Notes: generated by a model from the sequence alone, not told the origin. Numbered from the stretch's first letter, positions 9,084-20,763 are shown. The stretch: 64,000 nt of DNA from an uncultured Clostridia bacterium (GCA_944349925.1 CALVNT010000008.1:2114-66113); one strand, 5' to 3'. Made by a program: numbers and translations.

Positions 9084-10208
9084 TTATTTATTCATTTTTT
9101 TGAGATACGCACTGTATTTTGTATAATCAGAATCATTATAAGCGCTAGCAATATTTTGTAAAAATTCCTTAGTGTTTTTGTTTAAAGACTTTGGACATTC
9201 CGCTTTTATTGTGACAAGCAAATCTCCATATTTATCTTTATTCAAAATTTTTACACCTCTACCTTTAAGTCTCATAACAGTTCCACTTGGAGTAAGTTCA
9301 GGAATTGTTAAAGAATAATTTCCGTTTAAAGTTGGCACATCAACTCTGCCACCTAAAAGCGTAGTCGTGAAAGGAATATATAGATCCATATATAAATCAT
9401 TGCCTTTTCTAGTTAAAATATTGTGTTGACCGACTGATATATGGATATTCAAATCGCCATTGATGCCGTCTTTTAAAGGAGCGTTTCCTTCCCCTCTCAT
9501 TCGCAAAGTCTGACCATTGTCAATACCAGCAGGAATTTTAACTTTAACAGTTTTTTGAACTCGTTTATAGCCTTTTCCAGAGCAAGCATCGCATTTTTCT
9601 TTAACGATTTTACCCGTTCCTTCACATTTTGGGCAAACGCTTTCTCTTATGGTAGTGCCAAACATTGTGCTTTGTTGAAAGCGAACTCTACCAGAACCTT
9701 GACAGTTAGTACAAGTTGTAAACTCTCTGCCATTTTTTGCTCCAGTTCCATTACATTGAGAGCATTTTTCAATTTTACCAATAGTAATATTTTTTTCTAC
9801 TCCAAAGCAAGCTTCTTCAAATGTTAAATTTAAACTGATATCAATATCTTCACCTCTCTGCATAGTTCTAGTGCCGCTTCTAGAACCGCCAAAAGCCGAA
9901 AAGATGTCGGAAAAAATATCTGAAAATCCGCCACTTCCACCAAAGAAGTCTCCAAAGCCACCGCTTGCACCTGCACCACTAAAAGGATTTCCTTCGGCAG
10001 AGCCATATTGGTCATAATTCGCCCTTTTTGTAGGGTCGCCCAAAACTTCATAAGCTTCATTTATTTCTTTAAACTTATTAGCAGCTTCTTCAGTTTTATT
10101 TAAATCTGGGTGATATTTCTTAGCAAGCCTACGATAAGCAGATTTAATTTCGTCTTCACTTGCCGATTTATCAACACCGAGTATTGAATAATAATCTTTG
10201 TTTGCCAT
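9084..10208 (-). CDS. dnaJ: Chaperone DnaJ
   Basis: J domain with HPD, G/F-rich region, four CxxCxGxG repeats. Confidence 0.97.
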   Translation of the reverse strand: MANKDYYSILGVDKSASEDEIKSAYRRLAKKYHPDLNKTEEAANKFKEINEAYEVLGDPTKRANYDQYGSAEGNPFSGAGASGGFGDFFGGSGGFSDIFSDIFSAFGGSRSGTRTMQRGEDIDISLNLTFEEACFGVEKNITIGKIEKCSQCNGTGAKNGREFTTCTNCQGSGRVRFQQSTMFGTTIRESVCPKCEGTGKIVKEKCDACSGKGYKRVQKTVKVKIPAGIDNGQTLRMRGEGNAPLKDGINGDLNIHISVGQHNILTRKGNDLYMDLYIPFTTTLLGGRVDVPTLNGNYSLTIPELTPSGTVMRLKGRGVKILNKDKYGDLLVTIKAECPKSLNKNTKEFLQNIASAYNDSDYTKYSAYLKKMNK

Positions 10209-10226
10209 AACAGTCCTTTTTATAAA

Positions 10227-12062
10227 TTAGTCAACAACGACTTCAGGGTCTCCGTCTGTAGAACCATTTCCGCCATTGTTTCCGTCGTTATTACCGCCGT
10301 TACCATTAGGGTCAGTATTAGGATTTGCACTTTGATACATTTTTGAAACTATACCATTTGAAGTAGCTGTAAGTTCATCAAGAGCCTTTTTGACAACTTC
10401 AATATCATCACTTTCGAATTCTTTCTTTGCTTTTTCGATTGCGTCTTGAAGTTTTTTCTTATCTTCATCGTTTAATTTGTCGCCATTTTCTTTAAGCATT
10501 TTTTCTAGTCCATAGACCATATTGTCAGCCTGGTTCTTTGTTTCAACAAGCTCTTTTCTCTTTTTATCTTCTTCAGCATGAGCTTCGGCTTCTTTAATTG
10601 CTTTTTCTATATCTTCTTCTTTAAGATTTGAAGATGCAGTGATAGTAATATTTTGTTCCTTATTTGTTCCAAGGTCTTTAGCAGAAACTTTTACAATACC
10701 ATTTGCATCGATATCAAAAGTAACTTCGATTTGAGGAACTCCTCTTGGAGCAGGTGGAATATCAGAAAGTTGGAATCTACCCAAAGTTTTATTTTGAGCA
10801 GCAAATTCTCTTTCCCCTTGTAAAACGTGAATATCTACGCCCGGTTGATTATCAACTGCAGTAGAAAAGATTTGAGATTTTTTAGTAGGGATAGTAGTAT
10901 TTCTTTCAATAAGTTTTGTAAATACTCCTCCCAAAGTTTCAATACCAAGAGAAAGTGGAGTTACATCAAGAAGAAGAACATCTTTAACTTCTCCGCCTAA
11001 AACACCAGCTTGAATAGCAGCTCCAACAGCTACACATTCGTCAGGGTTAATGCCTTTGTAAGGTTCTTTTCCAGTGAATGCTTTAACAGCTTCTTGAACA
11101 GCAGGGATACGAGTTGAACCACCAACCAAAATAACTTTATCAATTTGGCTAGTGCTAAGTTTAGCGTCGCTAAGAGCGCGTTTTGAGCAATCGATAGTTT
11201 CTTTAACAAGATCTTCAGTTATTGAATCAAATTTAGCTCTAGTAAGTTCATATTCCATATGTTTAGGACCAGTAGCGTCAGCAGAAATAAAAGGGAGAGA
11301 AATTGTTGTTTTTGGAGTAGCTGAAAGGTCGATTTTAGCCTTTTCTGCAGCTTCCTTTAATCTCTGCATAGCAAGTTTATCACTAGTAAGATCAATATTG
11401 TTTGTCTTTTTAAATTCTTCAACTAACAAGTCGATAATTCTGTTATCAAAATCATCTCCACCAAGACGAGTATTACCATTAGTAGATAAAACTTCAAAAA
11501 CGCCGTCACCTATTTCAAGAATAGAAACATCGAAAGTTCCACCACCAAGGTCATAAACTAAAATTTTTTGATTAGCATTTTCGCCTTTATCAAGTCCATA
11601 AGCAAGAGCAGCAGCAGTAGGTTCATTGATAATTCTTAAAACTTCAAGCCCTGCAATTTTACCAGCATCTTTAGTAGCTTGACGCTGAGAGTCGTTAAAG
11701 TAAGCAGGAACAGTAATAACAGCTTGATTTACAGTTCCACCCAAATAGCTTTCAGCATCAGCCTTAAGTTTTGACAAAATCATAGCTGAAATTTCTTGTG
11801 GAGTATATTCTTTTCCATTTAATTTTACTTTATAATTTGTTCCCATCTCTCTTTTGATTGATTGAACAGTGTTTTCTGCATTAACAATTGCTTGTCTTTT
11901 TGCAACTTTACCAACAAGCCTTTCCCCTTCTTTAGTATAAGCAACAACAGAAGGTGTTGTTCTGTCTCCTTCAGCATTTGCAATAACGGTTGGTTTTCCA
12001 CCTTCCATAACCGCAACGCAAGAATTTGTTGTACCTAAGTCAATTCCAATAATTTTTCCCAT
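10227..12062 (-). CDS. dnaK: Chaperone DnaK
   Basis: [14 protein letters not shown] start at 12062 after GGAGG; Hsp70 motifs throughout. Confidence 0.98.
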   Translation of the reverse strand: MGKIIGIDLGTTNSCVAVMEGGKPTVIANAEGDRTTPSVVAYTKEGERLVGKVAKRQAIVNAENTVQSIKREMGTNYKVKLNGKEYTPQEISAMILSKLKADAESYLGGTVNQAVITVPAYFNDSQRQATKDAGKIAGLEVLRIINEPTAAALAYGLDKGENANQKILVYDLGGGTFDVSILEIGDGVFEVLSTNGNTRLGGDDFDNRIIDLLVEEFKKTNNIDLTSDKLAMQRLKEAAEKAKIDLSATPKTTISLPFISADATGPKHMEYELTRAKFDSITEDLVKETIDCSKRALSDAKLSTSQIDKVILVGGSTRIPAVQEAVKAFTGKEPYKGINPDECVAVGAAIQAGVLGGEVKDVLLLDVTPLSLGIETLGGVFTKLIERNTTIPTKKSQIFSTAVDNQPGVDIHVLQGEREFAAQNKTLGRFQLSDIPPAPRGVPQIEVTFDIDANGIVKVSAKDLGTNKEQNITITASSNLKEEDIEKAIKEAEAHAEEDKKRKELVETKNQADNMVYGLEKMLKENGDKLNDEDKKKLQDAIEKAKKEFESDDIEVVKKALDELTATSNGIVSKMYQSANPNTDPNGNGGNNDGNNGGNGSTDGDPEVVVD

Positions 12063-12066
12063 AATA

Positions 12067-12759
12067 TTAACCCTCCTTTTTATTGACGATGACTTTTGCA
12101 TATCTAATAACTTTGCCGTTAAAGGTGTAACCAGCTTGATATTCATCAACGATCACATCATTTTCTTTATCCGCAACATTTAAAACGGCGATAACATTGT
12201 GGACATGTGGGTTATATTTTTCTCCCACCGATTCTATTTTTTCGACCCCCAAATTTTTTAAAGCGTCAATGATTTTATTTTCAATCATTTCAACACCTTT
12301 TAAAATTTCTTGATCGTTAATAGATTTTTTTGCTTCTTTAAATGTATCAAGACAAGGCAAAAACACTTCAATTACTGATGCCTGCCCTGCGATTTTGGCT
12401 TGTTTGATATCTTCGATGGCATGACGCCTAAAGTTTTCAAAGTCTGCCTGAATCTGTTTTGCTAACGCAAGATAATCGTCATTGCTATCTTTTTCATTAT
12501 TTTCTTCTTTGCATGCGCACTCGTCACAGCTTTCTTTTTCACAATCGCAAGAATGGTTATCATTACCCTTTTCTTCGAAACCTTCGTCAGAATTTTTCTT
12601 ACAATGTTTTATGTGATTATCTTTGCCGTGACAGCATTTTTCTTCATTTTCACAGTCACAATCTTCATTACATTTGTGATTTTCATCACATCTGCAATCA
12701 TTTTCACAATCGCAGTCATGAGCGCAATCACATTTTTTTTCTTCATCCTGTTTTGCCAT
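12067..12759 (-). CDS. grpE: Nucleotide exchange factor GrpE with Cys/His-rich N-terminal extension
   Basis: [29 protein letters not shown]; lies between hrcA and dnaK. Confidence 0.93.
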   Translation of the reverse strand: MAKQDEEKKCDCAHDCDCENDCRCDENHKCNEDCDCENEEKCCHGKDNHIKHCKKNSDEGFEEKGNDNHSCDCEKESCDECACKEENNEKDSNDDYLALAKQIQADFENFRRHAIEDIKQAKIAGQASVIEVFLPCLDTFKEAKKSINDQEILKGVEMIENKIIDALKNLGVEKIESVGEKYNPHVHNVIAVLNVADKENDVIVDEYQAGYTFNGKVIRYAKVIVNKKEG

Positions 12760-13752
12760 TTATTCTCCTTTTAAATCTTTTAAGCTATCAACCACAACTT
12801 TTAAAGCAGATGCAATAGAAGCATAATCCATTCTCTGTGGTCCAATAACTCCAATCGAAGCAAGTTTATTTCCGTTAACTGTAATAGGTGCTTTCATGAT
12901 CGAACAATCATCATCTTCTTTAGCAAGTTCCACTTCAATTTCTTGCCCTTTGACGTCCATGATAGAAGCGAGCTTTTCTTCATCATCTAAAACATTTAAG
13001 ATTTTTTTTGCACTTTCTATATCTTTATGTTCTAGAAGTTTTGCACTGCCTTCTCTACGAATGTCAATTAGTCTTTTTTGGTTTAACTTTTTCAATCCGC
13101 AAATTAAAGTATTTACCACATTTTCGAAAGCATGAATTTCATTTTGCATACCTTCTTCAAGTTGGTCAATATTTTCAATCATAAAGCCAACCGTTTCACC
13201 TTTGAAATTTTTAGTAAGATAGTTGGACGCATCTAAACATTCTTCAGCAGAAGCTGACAAATCCATGGTTTGTGAAATGTAACCCGAGCGCGTTCCAATA
13301 AGAACCATAACTTTTTGGTCAAGAAGAGGAATGATTTTAAATTCGTCAAGCACCAGATTTTCTATTCCGTCCATTACAACAACTGTTGGATAGTTTGTAG
13401 CATGAGATACAATTTTTGCAATTGAAGAAACGATTTCTGTTAAAGAATTTGTTCTAGAAGAAATAACATTTTTGACTTCTTCAAGCTCTTTGTTAGATGC
13501 AACAGTTGATGAGAGCAAATTTTCTACATAATATCTGTATCCTTGTACAGTAGGAATTCTGCCTCCCGAAGTATGGAGCTGTTTTAAGTATCCCATAGCC
13601 TCTAGAGCATTAAGTTCATTGCGCAAAGTAGCAGTTGAACAATCAAGCTTTGCCTTTTCTTTAACAAGTCCACTAGTTATTGGCGAACAATCTTTGATGT
13701 ATTCTTCAATAGCCATACACAAAATTTGATTTTTTCTATCTGAAAGTTGCAT
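12760..13752 (-). CDS. hrcA: Heat-inducible transcription repressor
   Basis: LSDRKNQIL..ATLRNEL..LKQLHTSGGRIPT..GYRYYV; IGPQRMDY; ATG at 13752. Confidence 0.95.
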   Translation of the reverse strand: MQLSDRKNQILCMAIEEYIKDCSPITSGLVKEKAKLDCSTATLRNELNALEAMGYLKQLHTSGGRIPTVQGYRYYVENLLSSTVASNKELEEVKNVISSRTNSLTEIVSSIAKIVSHATNYPTVVVMDGIENLVLDEFKIIPLLDQKVMVLIGTRSGYISQTMDLSASAEECLDASNYLTKNFKGETVGFMIENIDQLEEGMQNEIHAFENVVNTLICGLKKLNQKRLIDIRREGSAKLLEHKDIESAKKILNVLDDEEKLASIMDVKGQEIEVELAKEDDDCSIMKAPITVNGNKLASIGVIGPQRMDYASIASALKVVVDSLKDLKGE

Positions 13753-13775
13753 AATGACCTCATTTTTCGACTTTT

Positions 13776-13802
13776 TTAGCACTCTCAATCTTTTAGTGCT
13801 AG
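13776..13802. promoter_or_regulatory. CIRCE element (HrcA operator)
   Basis: TTAGCACTC-N9-TAGTGCTAG versus consensus TTAGCACTC-N9-GAGTGCTAA. Confidence 0.9.
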
Positions 13803-13806
13803 CACT

Positions 13807-13835
13807 ATTATATGCAGTTTAAAAAAAATAGTCAA
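13807..13835 (-). promoter_or_regulatory. SigA promoter of the hrcA operon
   Basis: TTGACT-17bp-TATAAT immediately upstream of CIRCE. Confidence 0.8.
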
Positions 13836-13972
13836 CTATTTTTGCCAAATTTTTAAAATTTTTTTGTCTTTAAAATTAAAATAAGTTTTTAGCCTTAAAA
13901 TAAACTTTAGCCGATTATTGAAAAAGAGATTGAGTTAAATTAAATCTCTTTCCAAAATAAAAATATAATGAT

Positions 13973-14923
13973 TTACATTTCCCCTTCATTAAAATCGTTA
14001 TCATCTGGATAACCATACAATCCGAGTTTATCCCCTAAAATTTTTTCATTTACCCAATCATTATAGAGAGACTTTTCTTTATAAGACAAAGTTGAATCTT
14101 CAAGTAGGCATATAATTAAAAAACACTTTTTCATTAATTTTATATCTTGAAATTTAACTTTATTTAATTCGTTTTGAATTTTTTTTCGTGCAATGTCAAG
14201 AAATTCGTAGGCATACTCAGAAAAACTAAAGCCTTCGCTTTCATTTATTGCTTCCAACATCATGCCTCTTACATGAGGAATGACTTTAAAAAAAGTTTTC
14301 ATATCAATTGATTTTATCAAATTAAGATTGTTAAAAACCTTAAAAGCTATTTCTTTTATTTTTTCGTTATACTCTATAGGTGTATTTATCAATAAATAAT
14401 ATGGTATAAATAATAGCGAATTATCCTTAAAAGCAATTTTATTTGCAAAAAAATTAAAAATGTCACTATGCCCTAAAACAACTGAATGTGTCGAAACAAG
14501 CCATGTTTCATACTTTCCATTTTCTTTTAAGCTCACCTTTTCCCATTCAATGTCAAAGCCAAAATTTGTCATTTCTTTATTGATAGAAAAACCATCAACA
14601 ACCTCTCTTTCGACATATTGAACGGGCGCTTGAGAGTGAAGTTTACACTTTTTTCTAACAAAGTCAATACCTCTTTCTAAAAAAATTTGTTCGTAGTTGT
14701 CGGGAAGTTTAAAGGCAAGTTTATAGCCTATCTTGCTTCTATTAACCTCTTCAAAATATTTGTATCGTATTTGACCTATAGAGCCGTCATTTTTAACATA
14801 ACAAAAAATATCATTTCTTGACTTGTTAATCTCATTTTGATTAGAAATAATATTATTGCCCATAGCCCGAGCAACCTTTTCTGGAAGAATAACAATATTG
14901 TTTATAAATTCTTTCATACCCAT
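13973..14923 (-). CDS. Hypothetical protein
   Basis: 316-aa ORF, no recognised motif. Confidence 0.6.
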   Translation of the reverse strand: MGMKEFINNIVILPEKVARAMGNNIISNQNEINKSRNDIFCYVKNDGSIGQIRYKYFEEVNRSKIGYKLAFKLPDNYEQIFLERGIDFVRKKCKLHSQAPVQYVEREVVDGFSINKEMTNFGFDIEWEKVSLKENGKYETWLVSTHSVVLGHSDIFNFFANKIAFKDNSLLFIPYYLLINTPIEYNEKIKEIAFKVFNNLNLIKSIDMKTFFKVIPHVRGMMLEAINESEGFSFSEYAYEFLDIARKKIQNELNKVKFQDIKLMKKCFLIICLLEDSTLSYKEKSLYNDWVNEKILGDKLGLYGYPDDNDFNEGEM

Positions 14924-15029
14924 ATCTTACCATATCTTTTAAATTTTGTCAATTTTGACATTTTTCATTAGTAAAATCTAAAATTTAAATAGAAAAGGCA
15001 CATTAAGTAACGATTTTTTCTATAATTGT

Positions 15030-16214
15030 TTAAGAATCTTTTCTTAAAATATCACCTGCTGTTAAATTATAAGGACAATTTATATAAACAACATCTTGCA
15101 CACGCTTGCAATCATCAATTTCTTGTCCTTTCATATCTATAATTTTTTCAATCTTTATTTTTTTCAAAAAACTTTCATTTGGCGAAAGTATTTCTAGTTC
15201 ATCTCCAATTTTAAATCTATTTCTCATTTCAACTTTAACTAGGCCATTATTACTATCTTCTAAAACTTTTGCAATAAAGACGGCACTTTGAACAGGCATA
15301 GAGTCTTGCAAAAACTCTTTATCTTCACTATTGAAATAAAATCCAGTGGTATATCTTCGATGACTTGTTTTTTCTAGTTCATTTACTAAAACTTTTTTAT
15401 TATTTTTATTGTCTAATGCCCTTCTATAAGCATTTACAACAGACGCCACATAATAATCAGACTTCATTCTTCCTTCAATTTTTAAAGAACTTATACCGAC
15501 TTTTTCAAGCTCGTTTAAATGCTCTATCATGCATAGATCTTTTGAATTTAAAATATAAGTTCCTCTTTCGTCTTCTTGAATTGGATATTCTTCGCTTTTA
15601 TTTATTTCTCTTATTGCGTATTGCCACCTGCATGCTTGAACACAAGCCCCACGATTGCTATCTCTGCCCGTAAAATAATTTGAAAGAAGACATCTACCTG
15701 AATAAGAAATACACATTGCACCGTGCACAAAAGCTTCAAGTTCGACTTTTCCCCCAACGCTATCATAAATTTCTCTAATTTGTTCAAGGTTTAATTCTCT
15801 AGCAAGAACAATTCTGGTTACCCTCATATCAGCAAAGAATTTTGCCGAATAAGAATTGTTTATATTTGCCTGAGTAGACACATGCACATTTAAAGAAGGA
15901 AAATTTTTGCGAATATAATAAATAAGTCCAACATCACTGACTATCAAACCATCAACATTTGCTTTTACCAATAAATTTAAATATGAATCTATTCCTACAA
16001 AATCATTGTCATTTGCCACAATATTTAAAGTTATATAACCTTTTTTGCCATTTTGATGCAAAAATTTCATTGCTTTAATAATTTCTTCATCATCAAAATT
16101 TCCAGCAAATGCTCTAAGTCCATACATTTTGCCCGAAAAATATACTGCATCAGCTCCGAAGTGAACGGCAGTAACTAGTTTATCAAAATTTCCAGCAGGT
16201 GCTAAAAGTTCCAT
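15030..16214 (-). CDS. Peptidase U32 family protein (tRNA hydroxylation TrhP-like)
   Basis: ELLAPAG, GADAVY, FVHGAMCISYSGRC, RGACVQACR, LKIEGRMK. Confidence 0.9.
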   Translation of the reverse strand: MELLAPAGNFDKLVTAVHFGADAVYFSGKMYGLRAFAGNFDDEEIIKAMKFLHQNGKKGYITLNIVANDNDFVGIDSYLNLLVKANVDGLIVSDVGLIYYIRKNFPSLNVHVSTQANINNSYSAKFFADMRVTRIVLARELNLEQIREIYDSVGGKVELEAFVHGAMCISYSGRCLLSNYFTGRDSNRGACVQACRWQYAIREINKSEEYPIQEDERGTYILNSKDLCMIEHLNELEKVGISSLKIEGRMKSDYYVASVVNAYRRALDNKNNKKVLVNELEKTSHRRYTTGFYFNSEDKEFLQDSMPVQSAVFIAKVLEDSNNGLVKVEMRNRFKIGDELEILSPNESFLKKIKIEKIIDMKGQEIDDCKRVQDVVYINCPYNLTAGDILRKDS

Positions 16215-16329
16215 TTTGTCTCCTTAATCAAATTTGATTTTCTTCATTTGTATTAAAATTCATCAACTATTTTATGTTTACTTATTTTATTCCAAAGTAT
16301 AGTAAGCAATTTTATATTTATTCATTTTA

Positions 16330-17388
16330 TCACAAAGCTACAGTTGCTTTTGCGGTTAAAGAAAGATCAGCAAGGCCTATGCCACTTTTTAAAAGATAAT
16401 ATCCTGCCGAGCCAATCATTGCCGCATTGTCTGTGCAATATTTTAAAACTGGTGAGTAGAAACTTATTCCATTTTTTTCACAAACATTTGCAAACTTTTC
16501 TCTTAACATAGAGTTGGCTCCTACCCCTCCCGCAACGACAATTTTGTTTATTTTTGCATTTATTGATGCCTTAACAGTTTTTTCAACAAGTTCATCTGTC
16601 ACCTCATCTTGAAAAGATAATGCGATGTTTGCTTTATCAATTTCTTCACCTTTTTGCTGTTTATTATGAACAAAATTTACAACTGCAGTTTTCATTCCGC
16701 TAAATGAAAAGTTTAAAGTGTTTTTTAAAGCAGTAGAGTGAACAAAATTATATTTCTTTTCACCTTCCTTAGCTAACTTATCAATTTCAGGTCCCCCTGG
16801 ATAAGGCAACCCTAAAACCCTTGCGACCTTATCAAAGCATTCCCCAACAGCGTCGTCCATTGTAGAACCTAAAAGACGAAAATCATTATAAGAAATTACA
16901 TTTAAAATTGCACAATGGCCACCACTTACCATAAGGCAAATAAATGGAGGCTTAAGAGATTGATGTGAGATATAGTTTGCTGCAATATGTCCATAAACAT
17001 GGCTTACCGCAATAAGTGGCACATCAAGAGAGTAAGCAAGTGATTTAGCAAAATTTACCCCTACAAGTAAAGCTCCAATAAGACCAGCGCCATAAGTAAC
17101 AGCGACGGCGTCTATTTCATTTTTAGTTATGCCAGCCTCTTTTAAGGCTTCCTCGAATATGTTAGATATAGCTAAAATATGATTACGAGAAGCAACTTCT
17201 GGCACGACTCCACCAAAGCGCCTATGGATTTCTATTTGCGAAGCTATAATGTTAGACAAAACTACCCTTCCATTTTTAACTACTGCAACGCTTGTCTCGT
17301 CGCAAGAAGATTCAATAGAAAGGATAATTACATCTTTTTTGTTTTTTAATAACTCAAATTTCTTTTGCATTCGTTCAAAATATTTCAT
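16330..17388 (-). CDS. tsaD: tRNA N6-adenosine threonylcarbamoyltransferase
   Basis: IESSCDET, GGVVPEVASRNH, HVYGH, VSGGH, DDAVGECFDK, TDNAAMI. Confidence 0.96.
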   Translation of the reverse strand: MKYFERMQKKFELLKNKKDVIILSIESSCDETSVAVVKNGRVVLSNIIASQIEIHRRFGGVVPEVASRNHILAISNIFEEALKEAGITKNEIDAVAVTYGAGLIGALLVGVNFAKSLAYSLDVPLIAVSHVYGHIAANYISHQSLKPPFICLMVSGGHCAILNVISYNDFRLLGSTMDDAVGECFDKVARVLGLPYPGGPEIDKLAKEGEKKYNFVHSTALKNTLNFSFSGMKTAVVNFVHNKQQKGEEIDKANIALSFQDEVTDELVEKTVKASINAKINKIVVAGGVGANSMLREKFANVCEKNGISFYSPVLKYCTDNAAMIGSAGYYLLKSGIGLADLSLTAKATVAL

Positions 17389-17477
17389 AATGGTTTTATT
17401 ATATCAAAATTCTAAATTAAAAGCAACAAAATAGTTATTTAAAGTATTTAATAAAAATTTTTGCAGAAAATAAATAC

Positions 17478-18575
17478 ATGAAATTTCAAAAATATATCAT
17501 TGTTTTTTTGTTGCTTTTATTGTATCTATCGAGTTTTAACAGTAGTACTTTTGCTATTGACGGCGATTTAAATGATAGATATGTAATTTACGACGAATAT
17601 AATCAAGAATTAATGGAAAAAAGCGCAGTTGAAATCGGTGACAGCTTTATAACGCCAAATTTTGAAGAATACGAAATTTATTTAATAGAAGGAAAAGTCG
17701 CTTATGCAAAAAAGATAGGCAGTTTTCAACTTACTAAGCAACGCAATGTAAATGAACAAAAAAATTTAAATGCAAATTCAGCCAATCAAACTATCTGTTT
17801 GTATATGACCCATAATGATGAAAGTTTTGTTCCAAGCGACGGATACGATTCTGTTTATGGTGCAGGCGGGATACATGATGTTGCAAAAAAATTAAAAAAT
17901 CAGTTAGAGAACAAAAAATTTAGTGTTATTTTAGATGAAACTTTGCATATTCCCCACAACTGGTCAGCTTATTCTCGCTCTGGAGTGACAGCGACAAAAC
18001 TTTATAATGAATATAATCCTATAGCACTATTTGACATACATAGAGATGGCGTAGGAAAAAGTTATTATTACACACAACAAAACGGAGAAGATTTAAGCAA
18101 AATACGAATTGTTGTAGGCAAAAGTAACCCTAACTATCAAAAAAACTTAGAATTTGCTAAAACACTTTTTGCGACAGGAAACAGTTTATATCCTTGGCTC
18201 TTTTCAGATATATATAGCGGAAGCGGACATTATAATCAAGCATTAAAGGACACTTGTTTGCTATTTGAAATGGGCACTTATATGATAGAAAAAGAATATG
18301 TTTATAATTCTATTCCATATTTAGTAGACGCCATTGATTTGATTTTAGGTAGCGAAGAAAATAACAGCACCGATAATGGAAATTCTATAGACAGTAACAT
18401 ATCAGACAATAATCAAACATCAAACGAAGACCCTAATACATCATCAAACGCTCAAAATTCTAACAACACTGAGAATAATCCGACAACAAATTCTACGGCT
18501 TGGATCTGGATAGTTTTAAGTTTAGCAATTATATCATCAATCATAGCATTTATAGTTTTTAAAAACAAAAAGTAA
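17478..18575 (+). CDS. spoIIP: Stage II sporulation protein P-like autolysin
   Basis: YMTHNDESF, H..AYSRS, FDIHRDG, YNQ..LLFEMG; N-terminal signal and C-terminal TM helix. Confidence 0.8.
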   Translation: MKFQKYIIVFLLLLLYLSSFNSSTFAIDGDLNDRYVIYDEYNQELMEKSAVEIGDSFITPNFEEYEIYLIEGKVAYAKKIGSFQLTKQRNVNEQKNLNANSANQTICLYMTHNDESFVPSDGYDSVYGAGGIHDVAKKLKNQLENKKFSVILDETLHIPHNWSAYSRSGVTATKLYNEYNPIALFDIHRDGVGKSYYYTQQNGEDLSKIRIVVGKSNPNYQKNLEFAKTLFATGNSLYPWLFSDIYSGSGHYNQALKDTCLLFEMGTYMIEKEYVYNSIPYLVDAIDLILGSEENNSTDNGNSIDSNISDNNQTSNEDPNTSSNAQNSNNTENNPTTNSTAWIWIVLSLAIISSIIAFIVFKNKK

Positions 18576-18692
18576 AAAAACACCGAAAAAACAACTCGAA
18601 AAAAGTAGAAAAAGTAAAATTAAGTTAATAAACAAAATTTTACTAAAGCAATTTATATATTTATACAAAAATTATAAAACAAAAAAAGCGGG

Positions 18693-19794
18693 CTAAAAGC
18701 CTGCTTTTTTTAAATATTCATTGATAAAACCTTGAATATTGCCGTCCATAACACTAGCAATATTGCTATCTTCGTAACCTGTTCTATGATCTTTAACCAA
18801 AGTGTAAGGGCAAAAAACATAACTGCGAATTTGACTGCCCCACTCAATTTTTTTGATTTCACCACGCACTTTAGCCATTTCTTGCATTTCTTTTTCTTCT
18901 TCGAGTTCTACAAGTTTTGAGTATAACATTTGCATAGCCATTTCACGATTTTGCACCTGCGACCTTTCATTTTGACAAGCAACAACAATACCTGTAGGAA
19001 TATGTGTAATGCGAATAGCACTTTCAGTTTTGTTGACATGTTGACCGCCAGCGCCAGAAGAACGATAAGTATCCACTTTTAAATCTTCAGGTCTGATTTC
19101 AATGTCGGGTTTTTCTTCGATTTTTGGCATAACTTCAACACTTGCAAACGAAGTGTGACGCCGAGCATTTGCATCAAATGGCGAAATACGAACAAGCCTA
19201 TGCACGCCTTTCTCACATTTTAAAAAGCCATAAGCATTTTCGCCGTCAACTTCAAATGTTATAGATTTTATACCTGCACCATCTCCATCAAGTGCGTCCA
19301 AAACTTTTATTTTAAAACCATTTTTATCACAATACATTTTATACATTCTATATAGCATATCAGTCCAGTCACAAGCCTCTGTTCCACCCGCACCTGCATG
19401 CAATGTTACAATAGCATCAAAACTGTCATATTTTCCAGAAAGTAATGTCTGAATTTTTGCCTTTTCAACTTTATCTTCACTTAAGTGCAAACTGTCTTCA
19501 ATTTCTTTTTCTAAACTTGGATCTTGAAATTCTTGATAAAGTTCAATCGACGCCTCACAATCTCCAATACTTTTGCTTAAGTCATTTATTAAAGCAATTT
19601 TATGTTGACATTCTTTAATTTGTTTGCCTACACTGAGTGCTCTTTTTTTGTCTAAGTAAAAATCTTCTTTTAATTGTTCACTTTCAAGTTTTTTTATTTT
19701 CTCATTTTGACCAGCGTAGTCAAAGACACTCCTTTAAGTAATCAAGTTCTTCTTTTAATTTTCCTACTCTTTCAATTACATTATCTAAAATCAT
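18693..19794 (-). CDS. prfB: Peptide chain release factor 2 with programmed +1 frameshift
   Basis: SPF and GGQ motifs; ATG at 19794; internal SD and shift site AGGAG-TGT-CTT-TGA-C at ~19719-19733; the ORF track shows only the C-terminal part. Confidence 0.95.
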
Positions 19795-20094
19795 AATTCA
19801 CTCCTCATTGCTTTTTATAATAAAATCTCAAATTTTATAATTTATATTTTTTATTATACATCACTTCGATATAAATTAAATCAAAGCTCTAACATATGCT
19901 AAAGAAATCTTTTAATGATTTTTTTATTTAAAAATTTTTTATATAAAAAATAGCAAAAAGATTTTCTTTTAAAAATATTTTAACATAATGAAAAAACAAA
20001 AGCAAGATTTATCTGCACAATTTTTTTTAGTTTTGAATATATTGAGTATAGTTAGTTTACTTGTGTAAAATAGAAGAAAGAAAGAGAGGTAAAA

Positions 20095-20754
20095 ATGTCT
20101 TTTTATATTAACAATACAAATCCCAACCGTCCCGGACCTATAGGCGGGAACGGTTTAAATGGAATTTGCGAAAAAGTACTTATTGAAACTACAAAAGTAT
20201 TTGATGCATGTGTAAGTCAAACAACTGAAAGTGGAATAATTTTGCCTGTATCAAACTTTAATCCAGCATCACCAGCATTGCCATTGACATATATATCAGC
20301 GCAAAATACATCAGGTTCTACTGTAACCGTTTCAGACATTACAATAGATAGAATAGAGCAGACACCGAATTATGCTAATGTAAGCATGACAATCACAATA
20401 CCTGTAACGGTAACATATCGTGACGCAAATGGTGTGATCGGCACAGGAACTTCAACATTAACAGTAACAAAAAGCGTAGTTCTATTTGTTCCACAGCCAT
20501 CACTTTCACCTGTCAATATAACAGCAAATGCTTTATTTACTAGTTCGATTGGCGCCTACACAGCAGAAAATACATTTACTGTTACTGGTTGCATACAAAT
20601 AATAGTTAAGGTTACATCTGTAGTAGATTTACTTATTCCAAGTTATGGCTACCCAGTCATACCACCATGCCAAGCACCAGAACCAGCAAATTCTTGCCCG
20701 GGATTCCAAAACATTCCATTGTATCCTACAGCGACAGTATCGCGAATACAATAA
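20095..20754 (+). CDS. Conserved clostridial hypothetical protein, possibly spore coat/exosporium related
   Basis: CEKVLIETTKVFDAC and LLIPSYGY..IPPC motifs; T/V/P-rich, beta-type composition. Confidence 0.55.
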   Translation: MSFYINNTNPNRPGPIGGNGLNGICEKVLIETTKVFDACVSQTTESGIILPVSNFNPASPALPLTYISAQNTSGSTVTVSDITIDRIEQTPNYANVSMTITIPVTVTYRDANGVIGTGTSTLTVTKSVVLFVPQPSLSPVNITANALFTSSIGAYTAENTFTVTGCIQIIVKVTSVVDLLIPSYGYPVIPPCQAPEPANSCPGFQNIPLYPTATVSRIQ

Positions 20755-20763
20755 ATTAAAACA

